Positions 27,223-40,600 of a stretch of 64,000 nucleotides of DNA are shown here, piece after piece. The stretch spans positions 16,058,001-16,122,000 of the forward strand of contig NC_043003.1 of NCBI RefSeq assembly GCF_006345805.1, read 5' to 3'. Both the position numbers and the translations under genes were made by a program. This DNA is from Octopus sinensis (lineage: Eukaryota). Positions within the stretch are counted from its first letter, which is position 1. Each line of letters starts with the position of its first letter. A model generated the notes under the pieces. The model did not search any database. It was given only the letters and a program-made list of their open reading frames with translations, and was not told where the DNA came from.

Positions 27223-27519
27223 ATATATAGAAAATAGTAAAAAGTGAAAAAACTACAGAAGGCTTGTTTTAAAAGGTTAAAAAATATATATTTGAGTCAA
27301 TATGTCTGAAGAATGTTATACATTTTTTTCATACAATGACATAGTAAAGAAGAAATGACCAGTTTCGCGTTCAGCTTTTCAAATTTCTTCTATACTATGT
27401 CATTGTATGAAAAAAATTTATAACATTCTTCAGACATATTGACTCAAAAATATATACTTTTTTAACCTTTTAAAACAAGCCTTCTGTAGTTTTTTCACTG
27501 TTTACTATTTTCTATATAT
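27223..27519. repeat. Long near-perfect inverted repeat (~135-bp arms, 26-nt spacer = HHR core), TA-embedded
   Basis: Arm 27223-27356 is the reverse complement of 27383-27519 with few mismatches. Confidence 0.93.
27349..27390 (-). ncRNA. Minimal type I hammerhead ribozyme with U3-A8 covariant core
   Basis: Minus strand reads GAAGAAAT-TTGAAAA-GC-TGAAC-GC-GAAA-CTGGTC-ATTTCTTC. Stem III ACUGGU is self-complementary with G-U pairs, and the cleavage triplet is GUC. Confidence 0.7.
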
Positions 27520-28060
27520 ATATATATAACAAAGTGGAGTTACGATAATATGGTGAATCTGGTCAGTTCAAGCTGAATATATCTCCCTTATTGAACATTT
27601 ACCAAAATGTAACCTTCTTGAACTTATAATTTTCTGCGTACATATATACAGATACAATACCAACATTCCTCTGAACTTTTTAATAATTCTTTCTGTAAAC
27701 TGTTTTTAACATTCTCTAAGTATTATCAAAGAATGTATATATGTATTGTAATCTTTTGTGTCCAATATTTTAATGAACTTATAAAATTTTTTTTATATTT
27801 TCCAAAAATTTTCCCTTGTAAACTGTTTTTAACATGTTCTTGTTAGTATCAAAGAATGTTTATATGTATTGTAATATTATGTGACAACCAGTACCTAACA
27901 CAACAAAGATTTTACATGTTACTTTTGTCAATCTTTTTCTAAAAAAGTGAAACCGGTCAAGTAAATAAACATCTTTTAAAATTGCATTTTCAAACCTTCT
28001 TTCATATATATATGTATATAGAAACATATATATATATATGTACGTGTACATGTGTGTTAG

Positions 28061-28171
<111 letters not shown>

Positions 28172-28260
28172 TGTATATATGTGTGTGTGTGCGTATTTAT
28201 TTATATTATAGATAATATCTTTTCACTATTGATGGAATAACTAAATAGCGGTTTGTCTCT

Positions 28261-28312
<52 letters not shown>

Positions 28313-28490
28313 ATATATAATATTGTAAATTTTGATTTAGTTGTGCTAAATTGAATTTTTTCCCCGTTAGCTTGGAATTATTACATTCCCTAACTATTAA
28401 TAATTATGTATATATAAAGAGAGAGGGAGACAGAGACCTATGTACATATGTGTGCATGCATGTGTATATATGAATGTATCTATATATGTA

Positions 28491-28935
28491 CTAGCAGCAT
28501 AGCCCGGCGTTGCCCGGCTATGCAAGAGCCCCTAGTAGGCAACGACTAATCCCAATCTAGTCCTTTCTCTCTAGGGAACGAAGGCGCATGTGTAGGTTGC
28601 AATGTCTTCTCTTCACTCGAATACTTCTGTGTATACGAATGTTCCTAGCTGTCCCTTTGGACGATAAAAAGGTCGAGTTGTGTCCCCTAGACAGTTTGTG
28701 TTTAATACACAAATCGGTTTGCTATGTGTGCCACATATGATTTAATTAACCGATTTTTTCCAGAACTGGGGGAACTTTTAAAAATTTTCGCTGCGTTAGT
28801 TTTGAATTATGACATTGGGCTATGTGTGTGTCAAGTTTCATCAGAATCGGTTGAAAGCCGTGGTCAGGGTGAGGGTACAACCTGACAGACACACAGACAC
28901 ACAGACAGACAAACTGCCGTTTATATATAGAGAGA
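28491..28935 (-). mobile_element. Non-autonomous Helitron, second family
   Basis: a|ctagcagcatagcccggcgttgcccggc hairpin end; ...tttatatatagagaga|t start. Confidence 0.8.
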
Positions 28936-29295
28936 TAAGAGGCGGAAGTGGAGGAGGAGGGCGACCACCACCACCACCACGAATATGACGACAGCGACGA
29001 CCACGGTGATGACAGTGACGATCATGAGGATAAGGAGGAGAAGGAGGAGAAGGAGGAGGGGAGGAAAGAGAAGAAATAAGAAGACCACGCAATGCAGAAG
29101 GTGTACAAAATAGAAGAGGAAAACAGAGAAAAAGAAAGATAATGCCTTTGATAAAAAATAAAAAAACAAGAAACGAAGGCGGGTTTCATTTCTGTTCCAT
29201 CACTTTTATCCTTATTTTAATCTTTACCTCCTTTCCACCAAAACTTGACGCCATATTATAAGTATTACATCCTAGCGCTTCATATTATATATAGA

Positions 29296-29674
29296 CTAGC
29301 AGTATCGCCCGGCGTTGCTCGGGTTAGTTTCGATCTTTTAGAAATGGAATTTTGAAAAGTAATACTTTTGCATTATGTAGCTTGTTATTCTCTTTAAGTG
29401 AACATTTTCCTGGTTGAAATACACTGAAAAATAGCGTCACAGCAGTCAAAAAATCGTAAAAAATAGGGATTTTCACAATTTTGATGTAAATAACTTTTGG
29501 TCTTAACATGGTCCGATTTGAATTTTTTTCTTCTACGGAAGAAAGAGCAAGTATTCTTCTATCATACTCTCAAGTTTGGTCAACTTGCGCCGCAGGGTCT
29601 CGGAGGAGATAGTGTTAGTTGACGGCTACCAAACCTGCCATACTCAGACAACTTCAGATTTATATAGAGAGAGA
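29296..29674 (-). mobile_element. Non-autonomous Helitron, same family as 2017-2410
   Basis: Reverse-complement homolog with the same CTAG end and hairpin. Confidence 0.85.
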
Positions 29675-29829
29675 TATAGGTTAAGTCATTTGTGGAGTTT
29701 GATCTAACTATCAGATCTACACTTACGATACTCACACACTGTAAACTATATTCTGAAGCCATGTTTTAAGTATTTTATTATATAGGAATTAATTTTTAAC
29801 TGCAGCAGCACAATGAGCTACAAGGCGTG

Positions 29830-30283
<454 letters not shown>

Positions 30284-30542
30284 ATTTCAACAATTGAGGG
30301 TAAAATTAATTAATTAATTAATCAATTTCACCAAGTATTCAGTATGCAAAGGGACCATTTAAGGCAAATTCAAATTATTACATTATATAAAAGGGCTTAG
30401 TAAAATAAATTACTTTGCCGCATACTGAACTCGTTAGAAATAGCAGCTAAAAAAACTATTTCTAACACTTAAAGAAAACCTCTCTCATATAGTGCTTGCT
30501 CAATTCAACCCAAGAAAGTATGAGGGTAGAGACATTAAAAAA

Positions 30543-30629
30543 TCAAATGCAAAGGTTATTTGAGTACGTACGTTTCAAGATTAGCCAAATTCGACCCTTC
30601 TCTCATCAGCTCAGAATGCCCTTGTTTGA
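30543..30629 (-). ncRNA. Type I hammerhead ribozyme, left-arm copy 1 (copy 2 at 31096-31182)
   Basis: Exact reverse complement of the + strand motif (tgagtacgtacgtttcaaga...tctcatcagctca). Confidence 0.9.
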
Positions 30630-31583
30630 GTTTGAAAACACTGAAAATGGGAGCATACCCTTTCGGCTTGTTATCGCTTCTGAAGATCTGTTCCCAACTA
30701 ACAGTGCTAGCTAACTCAAATATGCAAGAGAAAGATTTCTGTTCTCCCCTTTCCACCAGCGTGGGTTAAAATCAGCAAACACTACGCTTTTTTTCGGTAA
30801 AATCCAAGACAATTAAGTAGAGAGAGATGAATTATAATTTCAACAATTGAGGGTAAAATTAATTAATTAATTAATCAATTTCACCAAGTATTCAGTATGC
30901 AAAGGGACCATTTAAGGCAAATTCAAATTATTACATTATATAAAAGGGCTTAGTAAAATAAATTACTTTGCCGCATACTGAACTCGTTAGAAATAGCAGC
31001 TAAAAAAACTATTTCTAACACTTAAAGAAAACCTCTCTCATATAGTGCTTGCTCAATTCAACCCAAGAAAGTATGAGGGTAGAGACATTAAAAAATCAAA
31101 TGCAAAGGTTATTTGAGTACGTACGTTTCAAGATTAGCCAAATTCGACCCTTCTCTCATCAGCTCAGAATGCCCTTGTTTGAGTTTGAAAACACTGAAAA
31201 TGGGAGCATACCCTTTCGGCTTGTTATCGCTTCTGAAGATCTGTTCCCAACTAACAGTGCTAGCTAACTCAAATATGCAAGAGAAAGATTTCTGTTCTCC
31301 CCTTTCTGTTCTGCATACTGAATACTTGGTGAAATTGATTAATTAATTAATTAATTTTACCCTCAATTGTTGAAATTATAATTCATCTCTCTCTACTTAA
31401 TTGTCTTGGATTTTACCGAAAAAAAGCGTAGTGTTTGCTGATTTTAACCCACGCTGGTGGAAAGGGGAGAACAGAAATCTTTCTCTTGCATATTTGAGTT
31501 AGCTAGCACTGTTAGTTGGGAACAGATCTTCAGAAGCGATAACAAGCCGAAAGGGTATGCTCCCATTTTCAGTGTTTTCAAAC

Positions 31584-31670
31584 TCAAACAAGGGCATTCT
31601 GAGCTGATGAGAGAAGGGTCGAATTTGGCTAATCTTGAAACGTACGTACTCAAATAACCTTTGCATTTGA
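31584..31670 (+). ncRNA. Type I hammerhead ribozyme (first + strand copy; repeated in all 21 right-arm units at ~552-bp spacing)
   Basis: Core CTGATGA 31604-31610. Stem II GAGA/TCTT plus a distal hairpin. GAAA 31637-31640. Stem III ACGTACGT (palindrome). Cleavage triplet GTA 31646-31648. Stem I TGAG/CTCA is extended by ATT/AAT, CAAGGG/CCTTTG and TCAAA/TTTGA. Confidence 0.9.
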
Positions 31671-34600
31671 TTTTTTAATGTCTCTACCCTCATACTTTCT
31701 TGGGTTGAATTGAGCAAGCACTATATGAGAGAGGTTTTCTTTAAGTGTTAGAAATAGTTTTTTTAGCTGCTATTTCTAACGAGTTCAGTATGCGGCAAAG
31801 TAATTTATTTTACTAAGCCCTTTTATATAATGTAATAATTTGAATTTGCCTTAAATGGTCCCTTTGCATACTGAATACTTGGTGAAATTGATTAATTAAT
31901 TAATTAATTTTACCCTCAATTGTTGAAATTATAATTCATCTCTCTCTACTTAATTGTCTTGGATTTTACCGAAAAAAAGCGTAGTGTTTGCTGATTTTAA
32001 CCCACGCTGGTGGAAAGGGGAGAACAGAAATCTTTCTCTTGCATATTTGAGTTAGCTAGCACTGTTAGTTGGGAACAGATCTTCAGAAGCGATAACAAGC
32101 CGAAAGGGTATGCTCCCATTTTCAGTGTTTTCAAACTCAAACAAGGGCATTCTGAGCTGATGAGAGAAGGGTCGAATTTGGCTAATCTTGAAACGTACGT
32201 ACTCAAATAACCTTTGCATTTGATTTTTTAATGTCTCTACCCTCATACTTTCTTGGGTTGAATTGAGCAAGCACTATATGAGAGAGGTTTTCTTTAAGTG
32301 TTAGAAATAGTTTTTTTAGCTGCTATTTCTAACGAGTTCAGTATGCGGCAAAGTAATTTATTTTACTAAGCCCTTTTATATAATGTAATAATTTGAATTT
32401 GCCTTAAATGGTCCCTTTGCATACTGAATACTTGGTGAAATTGATTAATTAATTAATTAATTTTACCCTCAATTGTTGAAATTATAATTCATCTCTCTCT
32501 ACTTAATTGTCTTGGATTTTACCGAAAAAAAGCGTAGTGTTTGCTGATTTTAACCCACGCTGGTGGAAAGGGGAGAACAGAAATCTTTCTCTTGCATATT
32601 TGAGTTAGCTAGCACTGTTAGTTGGGAACAGATCTTCAGAAGCGATAACAAGCCGAAAGGGTATGCTCCCATTTTCAGTGTTTTCAAACTCAAACAAGGG
32701 CATTCTGAGCTGATGAGAGAAGGGTCGAATTTGGCTAATCTTGAAACGTACGTACTCAAATAACCTTTGCATTTGATTTTTTAATGTCTCTACCCTCATA
32801 CTTTCTTGGGTTGAATTGAGCAAGCACTATATGAGAGAGGTTTTCTTTAAGTGTTAGAAATAGTTTTTTTAGCTGCTATTTCTAACGAGTTCAGTATGCG
32901 GCAAAGTAATTTATTTTACTAAGCCCTTTTATATAATGTAATAATTTGAATTTGCCTTAAATGGTCCCTTTGCATACTGAATACTTGGTGAAATTGATTA
33001 ATTAATTAATTAATTTTACCCTCAATTGTTGAAATTATAATTCATCTCTCTCTACTTAATTGTCTTGGATTTTACCGAAAAAAAGCGTAGTGTTTGCTGA
33101 TTTTAACCCACGCTGGTGGAAAGGGGAGAACAGAAATCTTTCTCTTGCATATTTGAGTTAGCTAGCACTGTTAGTTGGGAACAGATCTTCAGAAGCGATA
33201 ACAAGCCGAAAGGGTATGCTCCCATTTTCAGTGTTTTCAAACTCAAACAAGGGCATTCTGAGCTGATGAGAGAAGGGTCGAATTTGGCTAATCTTGAAAC
33301 GTACGTACTCAAATAACCTTTGCATTTGATTTTTTAATGTCTCTACCCTCATACTTTCTTGGTTGAATTGAGCAAGCACTATATGAGAGAGGTTTTCTTT
33401 AAGTGTTAGAAATAGTTTTTTTAGCTGCTATTTCTAACGAGTTCAGTATGCGGCAAAGTAATTTATTTTACTAAGCCCTTTTATATAATGTAATAATTTG
33501 AATTTGCCTTAAATGGTCCCTTTGCATACTGAATACTTGGTGAAATTGATTAATTAATTAATTAATTTTACCCTCAATTGTTGAAATTATAATTCATCTC
33601 TCTCTACTTAATTGTCTTGGATTTTACCGAAAAAAAGCGTAGTGTTTGCTGATTTTAACCCACGCTGGTGGAAAGGGGAGAACAGAAATCTTTCTCTTGC
33701 ATATTTGAGTTAGCTAGCACTGTTAGTTGGGAACAGATCTTCAGAAGCGATAACAAGCCGAAAGGGTATGCTCCCATTTTCAGTGTTTTCAAACTCAAAC
33801 AAGGGCATTCTGAGCTGATGAGAGAAGGGTCGAATTTGGCTAATCTTGAAACGTACGTACTCAAATAACCTTTGCATTTGATTTTTTAATGTCTCTACCC
33901 TCATACTTTCTGGGTTGAATTGAGCAAGCACTATATGAGAGAGGTTTTCTTTAAGTGTTAGAAATAGTTTTTTTAGCTGCTATTTCTAACGAGTTCAGTA
34001 TGCGGCAAAGTAATTTATTTTACTAAGCCCTTTTATATAATGTAATAATTTGAATTTGCCTTAAATGGTCCCTTTGCATACTGAATACTTGGTGAAATTG
34101 ATTAATTAATTAATTAATTTTACCCTCAATTGTTGAAATTATAATTCATCTCTCTCTACTTAATTGTCTTGGATTTTACCGAAAAAAAGCGTAGTGTTTG
34201 CTGATTTTAACCCACGCTGGTGGAAAGGGGAGGACAGAAATCTTTCTCTTGCATATTTGAGTTAGCTAGCACTGTTAGTTGGGAACAGATCTTCAGAAGC
34301 GATAACAAGCCGAAAGGGTATGCTCCCATTTTCAGTGTTTTCAAACTCAAACAAGGGCATTCTGAGCTGATGAGAGAAGGGTCGAATTTGGCTAATCTTG
34401 AAACGTACGTACTCAAATAACCTTTGCATTTGATTTTTTAATGTCTCTACCCTCATACTTTCTTGGTTGAATTGAGCAAGCACTATATGAGAGAGGTTTT
34501 CTTTAAGTGTTAGAAATAGTTTTTTTAGCTGCTATTTCTAACGAGTTCAGTATGCGGCAAAGTAATTTATTTTACTAAGCCCTTTTATATAATGTAATAA

Positions 34601-37600
34601 TTTGAATTTGCCTTAAATGGTCCCTTTGCATACTGAATACTTGGTGAAATTGATTAATTAATTAATTAATTTTACCCTCAATTGTTGAAATTATAATTCA
34701 TCTCTCTCTACTTAATTGTCTTGGATTTTACCGAAAAAAAGCGTAGTGTTTGCTGATTTTAACCCACGCTGGTGGAAAGGGGAGAACAGAAATCTTTCTC
34801 TTGCATATTTGAGTTAGCTAGCACTGTTAGTTGGGAACAGATCTTCAGAAGCGATAACAAGCCGAAAGGGTATGCTCCCATTTTCAGTGTTTTCAAACTC
34901 AAACAAGGGCATTCTGAGCTGATGAGAGAAGGGTCGAATTTGGCTAATCTTGAAACGTACGTACTCAAATAACCTTTGCATTTGATTTTTAATGTCTCTA
35001 CCCTCATACTTTCTTGGGTTGAATTGAGCAAGCACTATATGAGAGAGGTTTTCTTTAAGTGTTAGAAATAGTTTTTTTAGCTGCTATTTCTAACGAGTTC
35101 AGTATGCGGCAAAGTAATTTATTTTACTAAGCCCTTTTATATAATGTAATAATTTGAATTTGCCTTAAATGGTCCCTTTGCATACTGAATACTTGGTGAA
35201 ATTGATTAATTATTAATTAATTTTACCCTCAATTGTTGAAATTATAATTCATCTCTCTCTACTTAATTGTCTTGGATTTTACCGAAAAAAAGCGTAGTGT
35301 TTGCTGATTTTAACCCACGCTGGTGGAAAGGGGAGAACAGAAATCTTTCTCTTGCATATTTGAGTTAGCTAGCACTGTTAGTTGGGAACAGATCTTCAGA
35401 AGCGATAACAAGCCGAAAGGGTATGCTCCCATTTTCAGTGTTTTCAAACTCAAACAAGGGCATTCTGAGCTGATGAGAGAAGGGTCGAATTTGGCTAATC
35501 TTGAAACGTACGTACTCAAATAACCTTTGCATTTGATTTTTTAATGTCTCTACCCTCATACTTTCTTGGTTGAATTGAGCAAGCACTATATGAGAGAGGT
35601 TTTCTTTAAGTGTTAGAAATAGTTTTTTTAGCTGCTATTTCTAACGAGTTCAGTATGCGGCAAAGTAATTTATTTTACTAAGCCCTTTTATATAATGTAA
35701 TAATTTGAATTTGCCTTAAATGGTCCCTTTGCATACTGAATACTTGGTGAAATTGATTAATTAATTAATTAATTTTACCCTCAATTGTTGAAATTATAAT
35801 TCATCTCTCTCTACTTAATTGTCTTGGATTTTACCGAAAAAAAGCGTAGTGTTTGCTGATTTTAACCCACGCTGGTGGAAAGGGGAGGACAGAAATCTTT
35901 CTCTTGCATATTTGAGTTAGCTAGCACTGTTAGTTGGGAACAGATCTTCAGAAGCGATAACAAGCCGAAAGGGTATGCTCCCATTTTCAGTGTTTTCAAA
36001 CTCAAACAAGGGCATTCTGAGCTGATGAGAGAAGGGTCGAATTGGCTAATCTTGAAACGTACGTACTCAAATAACCTTTGCATTTGATTTTTTAATGTCT
36101 CTACCCTCATACTTTCTTGGGTTGAATTGAGCAAGCACTATATGAGAGAGGTTTTCTTTAAGTGTTAGAAATAGTTTTTTTAGCTGCTATTTCTAACGAG
36201 TTCAGTATGCGGCAAAGTAATTTATTTTACTAAGCCCTTTTATATAATGTAATAATTTGAATTTGCCTTAAATGGTCCCTTTGCATACTGAATACTTGGT
36301 GAAATTGATTAATTAATTAATTAATTTTACCCTCAATTGTTGAAATTATAATTCATCTCTCTCTACTTAATTGTCTTGGATTTTACCGAAAAAAAGCGTA
36401 GTGTTTGCTGATTTTAACCCACGCTGGTGGAAAGGGGAGGACAGAAATCTTTCTCTTGCATATTTGAGTTAGCTAGCACTGTTAGTTGGGAACAGATCTT
36501 CAGAAGCGATAACAAGCCGAAAGGGTATGCTCCCATTTTCAGTGTTTTCAAACTCAAACAAGGGCATTCTGAGCTGATGAGAGAAGGGTCGAATTTGGCT
36601 AATCTTGAAACGTACGTACTCAAATAACCTTTGCATTTGATTTTTAATGTCTCTACCCTCATACTTTCTTGGGTTGAATTGAGCAAGCACTATATGAGAG
36701 AGGTTTTCTTTAAGTGTTAGAAATAGTTTTTTTAGCTGCTATTTCTAACGAGTTCAGTATGCGGCAAAGTAATTTATTTTACTAAGCCCTTTTATATAAT
36801 GTAATAATTTGAATTTGCCTTAAATGGTCCCTTTGCATACTGAATACTTGGTGAAATTGATTAATTAATTAATTAATTTTACCCTCAATTGTTGAAATTA
36901 TAATTCATCTCTCTCTACTTAATTGTCTTGGATTTTACCGAAAAAAAGCGTAGTGTTTGCTGATTTTAACCCACGCTGGTGGAAAGGGGAGAACAGAAAT
37001 CTTTCTCTTGCATATTTGAGTTAGCTAGCACTGTTAGTTGGAACAGATCTTCAGAAGCGATAACAAGCCGAAAGGGTATGCTCCCATTTTCAGTGTTTTC
37101 AAACTCAAACAAGGGCATTCTGAGCTGATGAGAGAAGGGTCGAATTTGGCTAATCTTGAAACGTACGTACTCAAATAACCTTTGCATTTGATTTTTTAAT
37201 GTCTCTACCCTCATACTTTCTTGGTTGAATTGAGCAAGCACTATATGAGAGAGGTTTTCTTTAAGTGTTAGAAATAGTTTTTTTAGCTGCTATTTCTAAC
37301 GAGTTCAGTATGCGGCAAAGTAATTTATTTTACTAAGCCCTTTTATATAATGTAATAATTTGAATTTGCCTTAAATGGTCCCTTTGCATACTGAATACTT
37401 GGTGAAATTGATTAATTAATTAATTAATTTTACCCTCAATTGTTGAAATTATAATTCATCTCTCTCTACTTAATTGTCTTGGATTTTACCGAAAAAAAGC
37501 GTAGTGTTTGCTGATTTTAACCCACGCTGGTGGAAAGGGGAGAACAGAAATCTTTCTCTTGCATATTTGAGTTAGCTAGCACTGTTAGTTGGGAACAGAT

Positions 37601-40600
37601 CTTCAGAAGCGATAACAAGCCGAAAGGGTATGCTCCCATTTTCAGTGTTTTCAAACTCAAACAAGGGCATTCTGAGCTGATGAGAGAAGGGTCGAATTTG
37701 GCTAATCTTGAAACGTACGTACTCAAATAACCTTTGCATTTGATTTTTTAATGTCTCTACCCTCATACTTTCTTGGTTGAATTGAGCAAGCACTATATGA
37801 GAGAGGTTTTCTTTAAGTGTTAGAAATAGTTTTTTTAGCTGCTATTTCTAACGAGTTCAGTATGCGGCAAAGTAATTTATTTTACTAAGCCCTTTTATAT
37901 AATGTAATAATTTGAATTTGCCTTAAATGGTCCCTTTGCATACTGAATACTTGGTGAAATTGATTAATTAATTAATTAATTTTACCCTCAATTGTTGAAA
38001 TTATAATTCATCTCTCTCTACTTAATTGTCTTGGATTTTACCGAAAAAAAGCGTAGTGTTTGCTGATTTTAACCCACGCTGGTGGAAAGGGGAGAACAGA
38101 AATCTTTCTCTTGCATATTTGAGTTAGCTAGCACTGTTAGTTGGGAACAGATCTTCAGAAGCGATAACAAGCCGAAAGGGTATGCTCCCATTTTCAGTGT
38201 TTTCAAACTCAAACAAGGGCATTCTGAGCTGATGAGAGAAGGGTCGAATTTGGCTAATCTTGAAACGTACGTACTCAAATAACCTTTGCATTTGATTTTT
38301 TAATGTCTCTACCCTCATACTTTCTTGGGTTGAATTGAGCAAGCACTATATGAGAGAGGTTTTCTTTAAGTGTTAGAAATAGTTTTTTTAGCTGCTATTT
38401 CTAACGAGTTCAGTATGCGGCAAAGTAATTTATTTTACTAAGCCCTTTTATATAATGTAATAATTTGAATTTGCCTTAAATGGTCCCTTTGCATACTGAA
38501 TACTTGGTGAAATTGATTAATTAATTAATTAATTTTACCCTCAATTGTTGAAATTATAATTCATCTCTCTCTACTTAATTGTCTTGGATTTTACCGAAAA
38601 AAAGCGTAGTGTTTGCTGATTTTAACCCACGCTGGTGGAAAGGGGAGGACAGAAATCTTTCTCTTGCATATTGAGTTAGCTAGCACTGTTAGTTGGGAAC
38701 AGATCTTCAGAAGCGATAACAAGCCGAAAGGGTATGCTCCCATTTTCAGTGTTTTCAAACTCAAACAAGGGCATTCTGAGCTGATGAGAGAAGGGTCGAA
38801 TTTGGCTAATCTTGAAACGTACGTACTCAAATAACCTTTGCATTTGATTTTTTAATGTCTCTACCCTCATACTTTCTTGGGTGAATTGAGCAAGCACTAT
38901 ATGAGAGAGGTTTTCTTTAAGTGTTAGAAATAGTTTTTTTAGCTGCTATTTCTAACGAGTTCAGTATGCGGCAAAGTAATTTATTTTACTAAGCCCTTTT
39001 ATATAATGTAATAATTTGAATTTGCCTTAAATGGTCCCTTTGCATACTGAATACTTGGTGAAATTGATTAATTAATTAATTAATTTTACCCTCAATTGTT
39101 GAAATTATAATTCATCTCTCTCTACTTAATTGTCTTGGATTTTACCGAAAAAAAGCGTAGTGTTTGCTGATTTTAACCCACGCTGGTGGAAAGGGGAGAA
39201 CAGAAATCTTTCTCTTGCATATTTGAGTTAGCTAGCACTGTTAGTTGGGAACAGATCTTCAGAAGCGATAACAAGCCGAAAGGGTATGCTCCCATTTTCA
39301 GTGTTTTCAAACTCAAACAAGGGCATTCTGAGCTGATGAGAGAAGGGTCGAATTTGGCTAATCTTGAAACGTACGTACTCAAATAACCTTTGCATTTGAT
39401 TTTTTAATGTCTCTACCCTCATACTTTCTTGGGTGAATTGAGCAAGCACTATATGAGAGAGGTTTTCTTTAAGTGTTAGAAATAGTTTTTTTAGCTGCTA
39501 TTTCTAACGAGTTCAGTATGCGGCAAAGTAATTTATTTTACTAAGCCCTTTTATATAATGTAATAATTTGAATTTGCCTTAAATGGTCCCTTTGCATACT
39601 GAATACTTGGTGAAATTGATTAATTAATTAATTAATTTTACCCTCAATTGTTGAAATTATAATTCATCTCTCTCTACTTAATTGTCTTGGATTTTACCGA
39701 AAAAAAGCGTAGTGTTTGCTGATTTTAACCCACGCTGGTGGAAAGGGGAGAACAGAAATCTTTCTCTTGCATATTTGAGTTAGCTAGCACTGTTAGTTGG
39801 GAACAGATCTTCAGAAGCGATAACAAGCCGAAAGGGTATGCTCCCATTTTCAGTGTTTTCAAACTCAAACAAGGGCATTCTGAGCTGATGAGAGAAGGGT
39901 CGAATTGGCTAATCTTGAAACGTACGTACTCAAATAACCTTTGCATTTGATTTTTTAATGTCTCTACCCTCATACTTTCTTGGTTGAATTGAGCAAGCAC
40001 TATATGAGAGAGGTTTTCTTTAAGTGTTAGAAATAGTTTTTTTAGCTGCTATTTCTAACGAGTTCAGTATGCGGCAAAGTAATTTATTTTACTAAGCCCT
40101 TTTATATAATGTAATAATTTGAATTTGCCTTAAATGGTCCCTTTGCATACTGAATACTTGGTGAAATTGATTAATTAATTAATTAATTTACCCTCAATTG
40201 TTGAAATTATAATTCATCTCTCTCTACTTAATTGTCTTGGATTTTACCGAAAAAAAGCGTAGTGTTTGCTGATTTTAACCCACGCTGGTGGAAAGGGGAG
40301 AACAGAAATCTTTCTCTTGCATATTGAGTTAGCTAGCACTGTTAGTTGGGAACAGATCTTCAGAAGCGATAACAAGCCGAAAGGGTATGCTCCCATTTTC
40401 AGTGTTTTCAAACTCAAACAAGGGCATTCTGAGCTGATGAGAGAAGGGTCGAATTTGGCTAATCTTGAAACGTACGTACTCAAATAACCTTTGCATTTGA
40501 TTTTTAATGTCTCTACCCTCATACTTTCTTGGTTGAATTGAGCAAGCACTATATGAGAGAGGTTTTCTTTAAGTGTTAGAAATAGTTTTTTTAGCTGCTA

